Of a stretch of DNA of 64,000 bases, positions 9,255 through 18,727 are shown piece by piece. The notes beneath the pieces were generated by a model. That model did not search any database. It was not told where the DNA came from and saw only the letters and a list, made by a program, of their open reading frames with translations. Location of the stretch: IMG/VR virus record IMGVR_UViG_3300042301_003793. One strand, 5' to 3'. Within the stretch, counting starts at the first letter, position 1. The number at the start of each line of letters is the position of its first letter. The translations under genes were made by a program, and so were the position numbers. Source of the DNA: a virus.

Positions 9255-12164
9255 TTACGCTATATTTAATACTCCTCCGTTACTCCATACTGTTCCTGGT
9301 GCAAGACCTACCGAACTTGTTGGTATATTACTGATGTGTAAACAATTTACGTGTGTTGTGTTTGCAGCAGTACTAGTAATCCCATTTCCAATAATAAAAG
9401 AACAATCGTTTACAATTTTATTATTACAACCACCAAGTATACCACTAAATTGATTATTTATCGTATTACAATACCCACCACTAATTGTCGAAAGTGGTCC
9501 GTTTGCTGTGTTAATATTTCCACCACCTACAGTTGAAACATCTCCACTTGATGTGTTATTTCGTCCACCACTTACAGTTGAATAACCTCCGCTTGTTGTA
9601 TTTCTATTACCACCACTTACTGTTGAAAAGCAACCTAATGCTAAATGTCCAGAATATCCAGATGATGAACCACCACCACCAATAGTTGAATAACAACCGC
9701 TTGCTGTGTTACAAACACCACCACTTACAGTTGAAATATCTCCACTTGCTGTGTTACAAACACCACCACTTACGGTTGAATAATTACAACTTGATGTGTT
9801 TCTATATCCACCACTTACGGTCGAGCCAGCCCCACTTGATGTGTTTTGATAACCTCCACTTATTGTTGAATAATTTCCACTTGATGTGTTAACATACCCA
9901 CCACTTACGGTTGCAGAATTTCCAGTTGATGTGTTACAATATCCACCACTTACAGTTGAGCGATATCCACTTGATGTGTTATTTATTCCACCACTTACTG
10001 TTGAATACCGACCACTTGATGTGTTATTTCGTCCACCACTTACGGTTGCATGAGTATTGTTTTGTGTTTGGATATTTAACCAAACATCATCCAAAGGTGA
10101 AGATCCACCAAATAATCCACCGTTAAAATATAGTGTTTCACCATTAGAATACCCAGAACCTCCGTTTTGTATTTGAACGGTTTGTAATACACCAAGAACA
10201 AAATCAAAACTAAAGTATGCTCCAGATCCGGTACCACTTGATGTTGATGTTGGTGCAATACTACCATAAGAACTATTTAAAGTTCCACCAGTATATGTAA
10301 AACCAGGTATTCCACTAACATAATTATTTATTCCAGAAACGTTATTTTCTCCACCACCAATAAATGAGTTGTAACTACTTGCGGTATTGTTACATCCACC
10401 AACAATTGATGAAAAAGAACTTTTTACAACATTATCAAAACCACCACCAATAAATGAATAATCACTATTTGTTGTAATTGTGTTATTTTCTCCTCCGGCA
10501 ATTGTTGCAGTTTCACTACCTATAATTGTGTTATCATCACCACCACCGATTGTTGCATATTCGCTATATGTTGATATTGTATTATTTGCACCACCGGCAA
10601 TTGTTGAGTAATCAGCAGATGTTGTATTTTCATAACCACCACTTATTGTTGAGTATTCTCCAGATGCAGTATTTTGACATCCACCGGCAATAGTTGCATA
10701 GTTATTTGTTGTTGTATTTACATTAAATGTTACATCATCAATTCCAGATGTTCCGCCAAATATACTACCATCAAAGAAAAATAAATCATTTGATTCATAA
10801 AAATTTCCTCTATTGTTAACCGTAACATTATTAAGTGTTCCTAAAAAGAATTGAAAATTAAAAGTTGCAGCAAAACCATAAAGTGAATTTGTTGAGGTTG
10901 GTTGTATATTTGTAAATAATCCATTAAGTGTTCCTCCTGTGTATGTTTGGTTATAAACACCGCTTACACCATTTCTAACACCACCTTCATTACATCTACC
11001 ACCAGATATTGTACTATAACAACCATAAGTTGTATTTTGTCTACCACCACTTATTGTTGAATAACAAGAATCAATATTTATAATATTACAACGACCACCA
11101 CCAATTGTTGAACAATTTGCACTACTTATATTTCTACACCCACCACCAATTGTTGACGTATTTCTATATGCGGTATTTAAACAACCACCACCAATTGCAA
11201 TATTATTACCACCATTAGTAGTATTAATTTGTAATGTAACATTATCTTGTGGTATAGCACCACCAAATAATAATCCGTTAAATGTTAAAGTATCGCCACT
11301 AACATATCCTTGACCAATTTGATTAACATATACATTACTTAAGGTTGTTGGTGATGAAAAGTAAAAAGAAAATGTTGAACCAGAACCAAGACCAGAAAGT
11401 GTTGATGATGGTGAAAATGAACCATAAAAACCACTAGATGGAATATTACCGGTAAAAGTTTGGTTATATATTGAATCGACAACGCCATTAATTCCGGATG
11501 TATTACAAGAGCCACCACCAATAACAGAACTATTACCTAACGATGTGTTAAGTATACCACCACTGATTGTTGATACATAACCACTTGCGGTATTTCCAGA
11601 ACCTCCGGCAATAATTGAAATATTACCTAATGCTGCCGAGTTAACACCAATTCTTTGTGTTGAATCTAAACCAGAACCAACTTCATATAATGAAGTTCCA
11701 GTACCACCAGTTGTAAATCCAGTTACACCAAATGACGTTCCGTTATTATCTTTTAGTGTTAATGTACCAGTTGTATTATCATAAGTTCCACCAGTAACAA
11801 ATACATCAGTAGAACCAGTATATAAACCACTAATTGATAAAGAACCATTTTGTCTCCCTAATGTTATTGTACCATTAGAATATGTACCGCCAGTAACATA
11901 AAAATCTGTACCACCAGTATATAAACCATTAATTGATACAGAACCATTTTGTCTATTAAGTGTTATTGTACCGTTAGAATATGTACCACCAGTAACAAAG
12001 TTATCTGATATACCACTTAAAACATAATTTTTAAATTGTACTATTGGTGTTTGTTTTGTTTCACCAGTTACACTACCCAAGTAATTTACAATTGGAATAA
12101 TGTCGTTTGTTGTATAACCTGAATTACCTAAGTATGGTAATTCCGAAATTCTTTTATCTGCCAT
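9255..12164 (-). CDS. Fibre-like virion protein 1 with 15-aa STVSGGxxNTSSGxx repeats
   Basis: MADKRISELP N-terminus, FVTGGTY repeats, 15-residue Gly/Ser/Asn repeats, three inserted beta-rich domains. Confidence 0.7.
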   Translation of the reverse strand: MADKRISELPYLGNSGYTTNDIIPIVNYLGSVTGETKQTPIVQFKNYVLSGISDNFVTGGTYSNGTITLNRQNGSVSINGLYTGGTDFYVTGGTYSNGTITLGRQNGSLSISGLYTGSTDVFVTGGTYDNTTGTLTLKDNNGTSFGVTGFTTGGTGTSLYEVGSGLDSTQRIGVNSAALGNISIIAGGSGNTASGYVSTISGGILNTSLGNSSVIGGGSCNTSGINGVVDSIYNQTFTGNIPSSGFYGSFSPSSTLSGLGSGSTFSFYFSSPTTLSNVYVNQIGQGYVSGDTLTFNGLLFGGAIPQDNVTLQINTTNGGNNIAIGGGCLNTAYRNTSTIGGGCRNISSANCSTIGGGRCNIINIDSCYSTISGGRQNTTYGCYSTISGGRCNEGGVRNGVSGVYNQTYTGGTLNGLFTNIQPTSTNSLYGFAATFNFQFFLGTLNNVTVNNRGNFYESNDLFFFDGSIFGGTSGIDDVTFNVNTTTNNYATIAGGCQNTASGEYSTISGGYENTTSADYSTIAGGANNTISTYSEYATIGGGDDNTIIGSETATIAGGENNTITTNSDYSFIGGGFDNVVKSSFSSIVGGCNNTASSYNSFIGGGENNVSGINNYVSGIPGFTYTGGTLNSSYGSIAPTSTSSGTGSGAYFSFDFVLGVLQTVQIQNGGSGYSNGETLYFNGGLFGGSSPLDDVWLNIQTQNNTHATVSGGRNNTSSGRYSTVSGGINNTSSGYRSTVSGGYCNTSTGNSATVSGGYVNTSSGNYSTISGGYQNTSSGAGSTVSGGYRNTSSCNYSTVSGGVCNTASGDISTVSGGVCNTASGCYSTIGGGGSSSGYSGHLALGCFSTVSGGNRNTTSGGYSTVSGGRNNTSSGDVSTVGGGNINTANGPLSTISGGYCNTINNQFSGILGGCNNKIVNDCSFIIGNGITSTAANTTHVNCLHISNIPTSSVGLAPGTVWSNGGVLNIA

Positions 12165-12211
12165 TTTTTTTTATCTTATAAATAGTTTTATTTTTTTTAA
12201 ATTCATTACTT

Positions 12212-13108
12212 TTAGTAAATTATTTTATCATTGTTTTCTGTCTTTAACACATTTCCGTTTTCAGTGAGTATATAGAAAGTTTCTGGTAACGGACTTGGTG
12301 TTGGTGTTGGAAAAGGTGTTGGTGTTGGTGTTGGTGTAATTGGGAACTGTTCAAATATTTCCCAAGTAGCATCACTTGGTGTCACAACAATATTTCCAAA
12401 CGCGTCATTCCTTGATAAATTATCAAAATTTTCATCTAATATAACTTGTGTCGTTCCAGATGTAAAACCAGTCGATATTGTAAGACCAGTTGATATTGTA
12501 ATTGGATTTCCACTATAAACACCTAATATGTGGTCAAAATTAAATTGTACGTCTTGACCTAGTATTGTTTTATTTGCTGTTAAATAATAATCAACAACAA
12601 CAGACCCAGATGTAACAACGGCCGTTAATTGTAAATTAAGTGGGATTGGTTGTACACAAATTGTTGTTGTAGTCGCAGTAATAACCGGACTTGTATTACA
12701 ACAAGGAAATTCACTAACATAACAATTATTATATTCTAATGAATCACCAATAAAACTTTCTTGTACATTAATATATAGTTTGTCTCTTAAAGGTAGTATT
12801 AAAACACCTTCATCATTTCTAAATAAAAATTGTCCTTCATATCTACCAACCTTTCTTGTATCTGTATTTGAAAACTGATAATAAACATAATATTCTGGTT
12901 CGGCATTTGGGTCCAACATTTCTTTTGCAACAAATCCTGCTGGTCTTGTGATAATCTTTGGTATTCCAGTATCAACATCAACCATTGAAAAGAATATCGC
13001 AGATTCTTCAATAAGACTCATCATTCTATTATAATCACTTCTGCCATCCTTGACAACTTGCATTTTTAATAAAGGAAGAGTTGCATTTTTCTTAATAAAG
13101 AATTCCAT
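12212..13108 (-). CDS. Putative structural protein (BppU-N-like N-terminus, Thr-Pro linker)
   Basis: FFIKKNATLPLL start resembles BppU-type domains; TPTPTPTP linker; C-terminal ILTENGNVLKTEN motif. Confidence 0.55.
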   Translation of the reverse strand: MEFFIKKNATLPLLKMQVVKDGRSDYNRMMSLIEESAIFFSMVDVDTGIPKIITRPAGFVAKEMLDPNAEPEYYVYYQFSNTDTRKVGRYEGQFLFRNDEGVLILPLRDKLYINVQESFIGDSLEYNNCYVSEFPCCNTSPVITATTTTICVQPIPLNLQLTAVVTSGSVVVDYYLTANKTILGQDVQFNFDHILGVYSGNPITISTGLTISTGFTSGTTQVILDENFDNLSRNDAFGNIVVTPSDATWEIFEQFPITPTPTPTPFPTPTPSPLPETFYILTENGNVLKTENNDKIIY

Positions 13109-13203
13109 TTAACTTTTATTCATAAATAGTTAGTTATTTAAAAAATTTTTAATAAAAAAATTAAAAAGGTGAAACTTTTTTATATTGAAAGATATTTATT
13201 AGT

Positions 13204-13359
13204 ATGGGAAGAAAATTAATGGAAGAAAAAGAACGAAAAATTAAATTTGGAATTAGTTTAAATCGTAAAATTTTTGATAGAATGGTTGATGAAAAAGAAA
13301 ATAAATCTCGGTTGATTGAAAAATTATTGAAAGAATATTATGGAAACAAAAATTTGTAA
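13204..13359 (+). CDS. Small ribbon-helix-helix-like protein (not in ORF track)
   Basis: Manual translation MGRKLMEEKERKIKFGISLNRKIFDRMVDEKENKSRLIEKLLKEYYGNKNL (51 aa); alternating strand KFGISL then two helices incl. NKSRLIEKLL. Confidence 0.6.
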   Translation: MGRKLMEEKERKIKFGISLNRKIFDRMVDEKENKSRLIEKLLKEYYGNKNL

Positions 13360-13927
13360 AAAATGTAAAGAAGAAAAAGAAATTTGTGAGTTCTATAAGG
13401 ATAGAAAATCAAAAGACAGTAAAAGGTCAAGATGTAAAAAATGTTTAAATTTACAAAACACTTTATATGTTAAAAAAAATAAAGATAGAGTTAACTCTAT
13501 TAAACAAAAATATGTTGATAATAACAAAGAAAAAGTAAAACAAAGTAAAAAAGAATGGTTTGATAAAAATCCTAACTATAGAAATGAATGGACTATTAAT
13601 AATTATAAAAATGATTTTCTTTTCAGATTAGTCAATATAATGAGAGCAAGAACAAGACTTTTTTTAAAATCAAAAAATATTAGGAAGAAAAACAATACAT
13701 TTGAAATCGTAGGGTGTTCACCTGAATTTTTAAAAGAATATATTGAAAAGCAATTTACTAAAGGTATGAATTGGGAGTTATTTGGTAGTCACATACATAT
13801 TGACCACATAATCCCATTATCTTTTGCAAAAACAGAAGAAGAAACATATAAACTTTGTCATTATACAAATCTCCAACCACTTTGGGCTGAAGATAATTTA
13901 AAAAAAAGTAATAAAATTTTAAATTAA
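13340..13927 (+). CDS. Free-standing HNH-type (homing) endonuclease with N-terminal Zn-finger
   Basis: CKKC...CKKC; HIDHIIPL...HYTNLQPLWAEDNLKK. Confidence 0.8.
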   Translation: METKICKKCKEEKEICEFYKDRKSKDSKRSRCKKCLNLQNTLYVKKNKDRVNSIKQKYVDNNKEKVKQSKKEWFDKNPNYRNEWTINNYKNDFLFRLVNIMRARTRLFLKSKNIRKKNNTFEIVGCSPEFLKEYIEKQFTKGMNWELFGSHIHIDHIIPLSFAKTEEETYKLCHYTNLQPLWAEDNLKKSNKILN

Positions 13928-15585
13928 CTTTCTTTTCTTAATTCTTTAGAATAATGATCAAAGCGTTCATGCTCAACTGGTGTTAATAATAACAAACCAC
14001 CCCTTAATTGATTTTTCTTTGTTAATTGGTAATGATGACTCATCCAAGTATTTTCAAAAGGGTGTGTCCATTTTGTATCCAAAAACATTTTTTTATTACC
14101 TTCTTGACTTATAATATGTGTCCAATTACAATAGTATATTTCACCATCAACATATGGTAATCCTTTATGTGACATTATATTATTAAACTTGGTTTTTGGT
14201 ACATTTGGTTCTAATCCATTGGTTGGTAAATTGGGTTTTTCAGGAAAATACTCATTTCTTTTTTCTTGTGGTAGGTTATACCAGGGCCAACAAGTCCCGT
14301 TGTCACCGTAAAATTCACTATAATTTATTTTGAGAAATTCAAAATCTTCTTTATCCATTATTTCAAAACACTTGTTAAATAAATTTGGTGTGTATCTATT
14401 AAATCCGTTTTTACAAGTTTCATCTGGTTTATTTTGGAAAAACATATCATCCTCTGACCACCACATATATTGTAAATCCGTGTTAGCAAAATGTTCGGCA
14501 ACAAATTGTCTTCCACCACAAATACCCAAATTATTCTTCTTAATGTGTTCAAAACCATATTCATCACATAACTCTTTATACCTTGGTGTTGTTGAAAGAT
14601 CTGTTGAGTTATCAAGTAAATATTTTTTTGTTTTATGTATAAAATTTGGGTCATAACCCAACATTGATTTTATTAAAGTTTCAAATTGTTTTGGTGAGTT
14701 AAACGTGATTACATATAAACCAATATCTCCTTTATATTTTGTTACAACTTTTTTTCCCTTATTTTTAATTACAACCGTATTATTTTTTACGTCTTCAAAA
14801 AATTTATATACCAAACCATTTGATTCTATTTCACAATAATCAATCATTGATGGATAAAGATAAGTCATAATTGTAAAAATACTCTCTTCGGTACCCATTA
14901 AATTTTTATTTAATGTATCAATAAGTAATTGGTAATATAAAACATTTAAGTCAGCAATTTTTTGTTTTGTTCCACCAAAAAATCCACCTCTTGAGACAAA
15001 CTCTGTTTTTGTTTTTGCGTAGTCACACATTTTTTTATAATCAAATCCGTGCACTTCGTTTTCCGCTTCATAAGGAAAAACAACAAACATAAATTTATCA
15101 AATAAACTTTCTATTTTATCTAATACATTATCACGAGTAAAATACCCAAGATTAACCGTGTTAGTTAATCCAGCGTCTATCCAGTAAAGTTTTTCGGAAT
15201 TAAAAGGATCCAAAATAGAAGCGTCGTGTAGTAAAAACATTTTGGACATTACAAGTGGATTGTAATATTCTAATCTTGCTTGTGTTGATTCTTTTAACCA
15301 ACCAGAAATATTATACCAATTTTCATTTGTTCTTATTTTTTGGATTTTATCAAAGTATTCGTTATTTCTAAACCAAGATAAATCCCTATTGATAAATTTT
15401 GTATTAGTTGGGTTTCTATATTTGAATACAAATTCTTCTAAGTGGTTATCACCAAAAATAATTAAATTACAATCTATTTCTAAAAGTTCTTTAAATTTTT
15501 CTAAATAATAATCAAAAGATCTATTCCATCCTTCATTAAGATTACCCCTTCCAATATCCCAAAGACCTGTAACAAGTGTTATCAT
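13924..15585 (-). CDS. HtrL/YibB-like domain fused to a GT-A (GT2-like) domain
   Basis: TLVTGLWDIGRG and YWIDAG (HtrL-like); second half LYVITFN...WWSEDD GT-A pattern. Confidence 0.6.
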   Translation of the reverse strand: MITLVTGLWDIGRGNLNEGWNRSFDYYLEKFKELLEIDCNLIIFGDNHLEEFVFKYRNPTNTKFINRDLSWFRNNEYFDKIQKIRTNENWYNISGWLKESTQARLEYYNPLVMSKMFLLHDASILDPFNSEKLYWIDAGLTNTVNLGYFTRDNVLDKIESLFDKFMFVVFPYEAENEVHGFDYKKMCDYAKTKTEFVSRGGFFGGTKQKIADLNVLYYQLLIDTLNKNLMGTEESIFTIMTYLYPSMIDYCEIESNGLVYKFFEDVKNNTVVIKNKGKKVVTKYKGDIGLYVITFNSPKQFETLIKSMLGYDPNFIHKTKKYLLDNSTDLSTTPRYKELCDEYGFEHIKKNNLGICGGRQFVAEHFANTDLQYMWWSEDDMFFQNKPDETCKNGFNRYTPNLFNKCFEIMDKEDFEFLKINYSEFYGDNGTCWPWYNLPQEKRNEYFPEKPNLPTNGLEPNVPKTKFNNIMSHKGLPYVDGEIYYCNWTHIISQEGNKKMFLDTKWTHPFENTWMSHHYQLTKKNQLRGGLLLLTPVEHERFDHYSKELRKES

Positions 15586-16826
15586 AAATCACCAATTAAT
15601 CTATCACACCAACCTTTTGATTTTGAATGTGGCCAAACAACCCAATATTTCGGTTTTTCTTTTGCGTTAAACTCCCTCCATATTTTTCCATAACCGTCGG
15701 CGTCTGTTTTTATTCTTTTGATTTCTTCTTCTTGTGCGTCCATACGATATATTGTTTCATCTTTATCGTTATGAAATGCAACAACTAAAAAATCATAATC
15801 GTCTTCTGGTATTTTATCTAATGGAATATCTATACAATGTTTGAATATTCTTAAAAAACTTTCTTTCCATTCTTTATCATTTTTATAATCATAAGGATTT
15901 GGTGGATAGTTTTTATCTATTGTATATTGTTGTACGGATCTTTTTTCAAAAAGAACACCGGCGTATTTTTCATAATCACGTATTGTTCTTTCTTTTCCAA
16001 AACCATATTTTAATTTTCCTTTAAATTTTTCACCGTCAACACCTAATACTTTTCTATTTTTACTATGTGAACTTTCATTTTTCTTATACCATACGCTATC
16101 ATCATCCCACTGTTTTGTTCTACCTTTTCTTGTGTACTCGTGATAAATTACAATTTTATGTGGATGGAATAAATCATATCCGTGAGTATAAGCTCTAACA
16201 GCAATTGATATTTCTTCTCCGTGAAAATAATATTCTGGGTCGTGTTGAACTTCTATTGAAAATTCACCTAATGTAAAACAGAAATGTGCCGAATAAAATC
16301 TTGCTGGGATTGGTTTTTTTAATTCTTGCCAACCTGGTATTACTTCTGGTAAAAAGAAAACAACACCTTCTGGTGTAAATCTATCAAATACCATTCTCCA
16401 GGGTTCTGTAACTCTTCCTTGTGGGTCGTTGTCTGGATCAAAAGATGAAACATAACCGGTAAGAAGTGGTTTTTTATAACCATCTTCTTGTAATTCTTTT
16501 AACATATTAATTAATGTCTCATCCCAATTTTTTTCAAAACGCATATGAGAATCTAATTGTAACGTGTATGTTTCACCACTATATAATTGTTGTACTTGAT
16601 GTCTTGCCCAACACACACCAGTGGACGCTGTGTAGACAATATCTAAAATTCTAAATCTATCATCACTCTCATATTCTGAAAGGTCATCAAAACCATCTTC
16701 TGGGTGATATTGTCTTGCAATCCCCAATCTTAAATTTTCTGGGTATTTTGCTTTGTTCAACATATCTTTAATTGTTGGTATAAGCTGGGGGTCTCGATAA
16801 GAGGCTATTTGTACAAATATTGTCAT
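15582..16826 (-). CDS. GT60-like polypeptide/hydroxyproline N-acetylglucosaminyltransferase
   Basis: IFVQIASYRDP, GVCWAR, LQLDSHMRF, FHGEEISIAVRAYTHGYD motifs. Confidence 0.8.
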   Translation of the reverse strand: MTIFVQIASYRDPQLIPTIKDMLNKAKYPENLRLGIARQYHPEDGFDDLSEYESDDRFRILDIVYTASTGVCWARHQVQQLYSGETYTLQLDSHMRFEKNWDETLINMLKELQEDGYKKPLLTGYVSSFDPDNDPQGRVTEPWRMVFDRFTPEGVVFFLPEVIPGWQELKKPIPARFYSAHFCFTLGEFSIEVQHDPEYYFHGEEISIAVRAYTHGYDLFHPHKIVIYHEYTRKGRTKQWDDDSVWYKKNESSHSKNRKVLGVDGEKFKGKLKYGFGKERTIRDYEKYAGVLFEKRSVQQYTIDKNYPPNPYDYKNDKEWKESFLRIFKHCIDIPLDKIPEDDYDFLVVAFHNDKDETIYRMDAQEEEIKRIKTDADGYGKIWREFNAKEKPKYWVVWPHSKSKGWCDRLIGDL

Positions 16827-16842
16827 AGTTAGTTAAAAATAA

Positions 16843-17061
16843 CTAACACTGATAAAAATTAAATATTTCACAATCGTTTGAATCGATAAGTTTTACAAGT
16901 AGCGAACCAACGTTATTTAATGGGGGTGGAACCTCAAAGGTATATGCGGAAATGTATGTTCCGCCGGAAACTAAATAACAATAAGTGTTTGTGACATCAC
17001 AAACATACACATCGTATGGTGGTGTTCCAGTGGTTCCAGATATTGTAATTTCGTGTAACAT
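16843..17061 (-). CDS. Small Cys-containing hypothetical (possibly virion) protein
   Basis: 72-aa ORF tightly packed in the operon. Confidence 0.6.
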   Translation of the reverse strand: MLHEITISGTTGTPPYDVYVCDVTNTYCYLVSGGTYISAYTFEVPPPLNNVGSLLVKLIDSNDCEIFNFYQC

Positions 17062-17062
17062 A

Positions 17063-17581
17063 TTAACTACATATAGGACTTAATGTTGGTGTAGGTGTAT
17101 TAGTCGGTGTATTTGACGGTGTAGGTGTATTAGTCGGTGTATTTGACGGTGTAAAATTTGGAGGCAACGGAGTAACACACAAGTCCCAAGTAGGAGTTGG
17201 TGTAGGTGTTGGTGTTGCAGTTGTTGTTGCCGTCGGAGTATTTGTAGGTGTAGGAGTCTGCGTTGGTGTTGGTGTGTTAGTAGGAGTCTGCGTTGGTGTT
17301 CTAGTAGGTGTTGGAGTTGGTGTTCTAGTAGGTGTATTTGTTGGAGTTGGTGTAGGTGTTGGCCTTGGTACATTTAAAAAGTTTGTACAATTACCACCAT
17401 CTGTTGATATTGTATATGTCCCATAAATTTCTTGTTGGGGTGTTAATAAATCTGGTTGAAAAGTGTATGGAAGTATAACAGAACCAATATTTATTGTAAT
17501 AGTACTATTATCTGGTTTGAATAATATTTGAGCAGGTTCACCGCTAAAATTTACACTTTGTATTGTAATTATCTGACTCAT
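17063..17581 (-). CDS. Thr-Pro-rich mucin-like protein
   Basis: About half the protein is [14 protein letters not shown] repeats; TATTTAT motif upstream. Confidence 0.7.
   Translation of the reverse strand: MSQIITIQSVNFSGEPAQILFKPDNSTITINIGSVILPYTFQPDLLTPQQEIYGTYTISTDGGNCTNFLNVPRPTPTPTPTNTPTRTPTPTPTRTPTQTPTNTPTPTQTPTPTNTPTATTTATPTPTPTPTWDLCVTPLPPNFTPSNTPTNTPTPSNTPTNTPTPTLSPICS
17088..17153. repeat. Exact 30-bp tandem duplication in the PT tract
   Basis: GGTGTAGGTGTATTAGTCGGTGTATTTGAC at 17088-17117 and 17118-17147, plus a partial third copy. Confidence 0.9.
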
Positions 17582-17612
17582 TGTATTTTTTTATAAATAC
17601 AATCAAACAGAC

Positions 17613-17816
17613 TTATTTTTTAATTTTAATGTATTTGAACCAAACTCTTTCGTGTAAAAAATAAATAATTGGTTTTAATATTAATTCACCTAAACCTAAT
17701 AAAGAAGATATTTCTACTGACGCCCCAAGACAATATGCGACTACAACTGTGGTGATTGTCCCAAAAATTCTATAAGAAATTGTTTTTAATAAATGTCTTT
17801 TTAAGTCTGACTTCAT
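17613..17816 (-). CDS. DUF2061-like small membrane protein
   Basis: RHLLKTISYRIFGT...YFLHERVW pattern; two hydrophobic segments. Confidence 0.7.
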   Translation of the reverse strand: MKSDLKRHLLKTISYRIFGTITTVVVAYCLGASVEISSLLGLGELILKPIIYFLHERVWFKYIKIKK

Positions 17817-17817
17817 T

Positions 17818-18273
17818 TTAATTTTTTTCCAATATCAATAAAACATCATCTTGTATGATTGGGTCAACTAATTTTTTCCAGTAATCATCTTTATTTTTTA
17901 TACAATTTCTAATACCAGTTGCAGAAATCCCACCAATTTCTTTTGGTGGTGTAAATTCATTTACTTCATATCCAACACCGCGACCAAAATTAACAGATTC
18001 AATATCTGGAATAATGATAACTTTAACATCATCACCTTTTGATTTATGGTACTTCTCAATCATAGAAACTGTTTGTTCTGTTGTAAAAGGATTTTTTTCA
18101 TCAGGTTCAATATCTCTAATCATAATTAAAACTGGTACTCCTTCATTTAATTTTTGTTGGATTAACTCAATGTGACCAAAATGATAAGGTTGATAACGAC
18201 CTACAAAAACTGCATACTTTTTACTTTCGTTATTTGTTGGATTTCCTCCGTGGTTTTTCTTTTCCCAACTCAT
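17818..18273 (-). CDS. HxGH nucleotidyltransferase (cytidylyltransferase/NMNAT-like fold)
   Basis: GRYQPYHFGH, NPFT, ISATGIR motifs. Confidence 0.8.
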   Translation of the reverse strand: MSWEKKNHGGNPTNNESKKYAVFVGRYQPYHFGHIELIQQKLNEGVPVLIMIRDIEPDEKNPFTTEQTVSMIEKYHKSKGDDVKVIIIPDIESVNFGRGVGYEVNEFTPPKEIGGISATGIRNCIKNKDDYWKKLVDPIIQDDVLLILEKN

Positions 18274-18725
18274 ATGTGTTTAATTATTTCGTTTAATGAT
18301 TCTTGTGGATTAACACCTGTTGTATTAATATCAACAAAATTTTCTGATGGTTGTTCATACTCATCTGTATGGAAATGTTCTCTGCCTCTAATGTCTGTTG
18401 TATGAACATAAAACTCAACTAATAAATTTTGTAAATCATATTTAAAACTTTCTCTTAATTCTTTGTAAGGTGCAACAAGACTTACAATTACATCGTATCC
18501 TTGTACTAATAAAAATTTTGCAATGTCTTGAGCTCTTTTGATGTTTTCTTCTCTACCTTCTCTACCGTATTTTTGGTTATTGAAAAGTCTTCTTAATTCA
18601 TCACCGTCAATATGGAATACTTTATTTCCATATTCTTTTTCTAAAATTGTTTTTAACATTGTCGCTAATACAGTTTTACCAGCTCCTGGTTGTCCTGTAA
18701 ACCAATAAATCTTTTTTTCTTTCAT
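18270..18725 (-). CDS. cysC: Adenylyl-sulfate kinase (start probably 18725)
   Basis: WFTGQPGAGKT P-loop, IDGDELR, SLVAPY, YEQPSE. Confidence 0.85.
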   Translation of the reverse strand: MKEKKIYWFTGQPGAGKTVLATMLKTILEKEYGNKVFHIDGDELRRLFNNQKYGREGREENIKRAQDIAKFLLVQGYDVIVSLVAPYKELRESFKYDLQNLLVEFYVHTTDIRGREHFHTDEYEQPSENFVDINTTGVNPQESLNEIIKHI

Positions 18726-18727
18726 AA

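Larger units (their letters stand above)
13204..13927 (+). mobile_element. Putative RHH+HNH homing endonuclease cassette
   Basis: Only plus-strand genes in a ~27-kb minus-strand block; own upstream TATTTAT motif. Confidence 0.5.

Noticed and set aside
9480-10060. 45-bp periodic repeats (CCACCACTTAC..TTGAA) resembling a CRISPR array; also 22420-23460
   Set aside because: They lie in frame within long ORFs, encode 15-aa repeats, vary at codon third positions and have no unique spacers or cas genes
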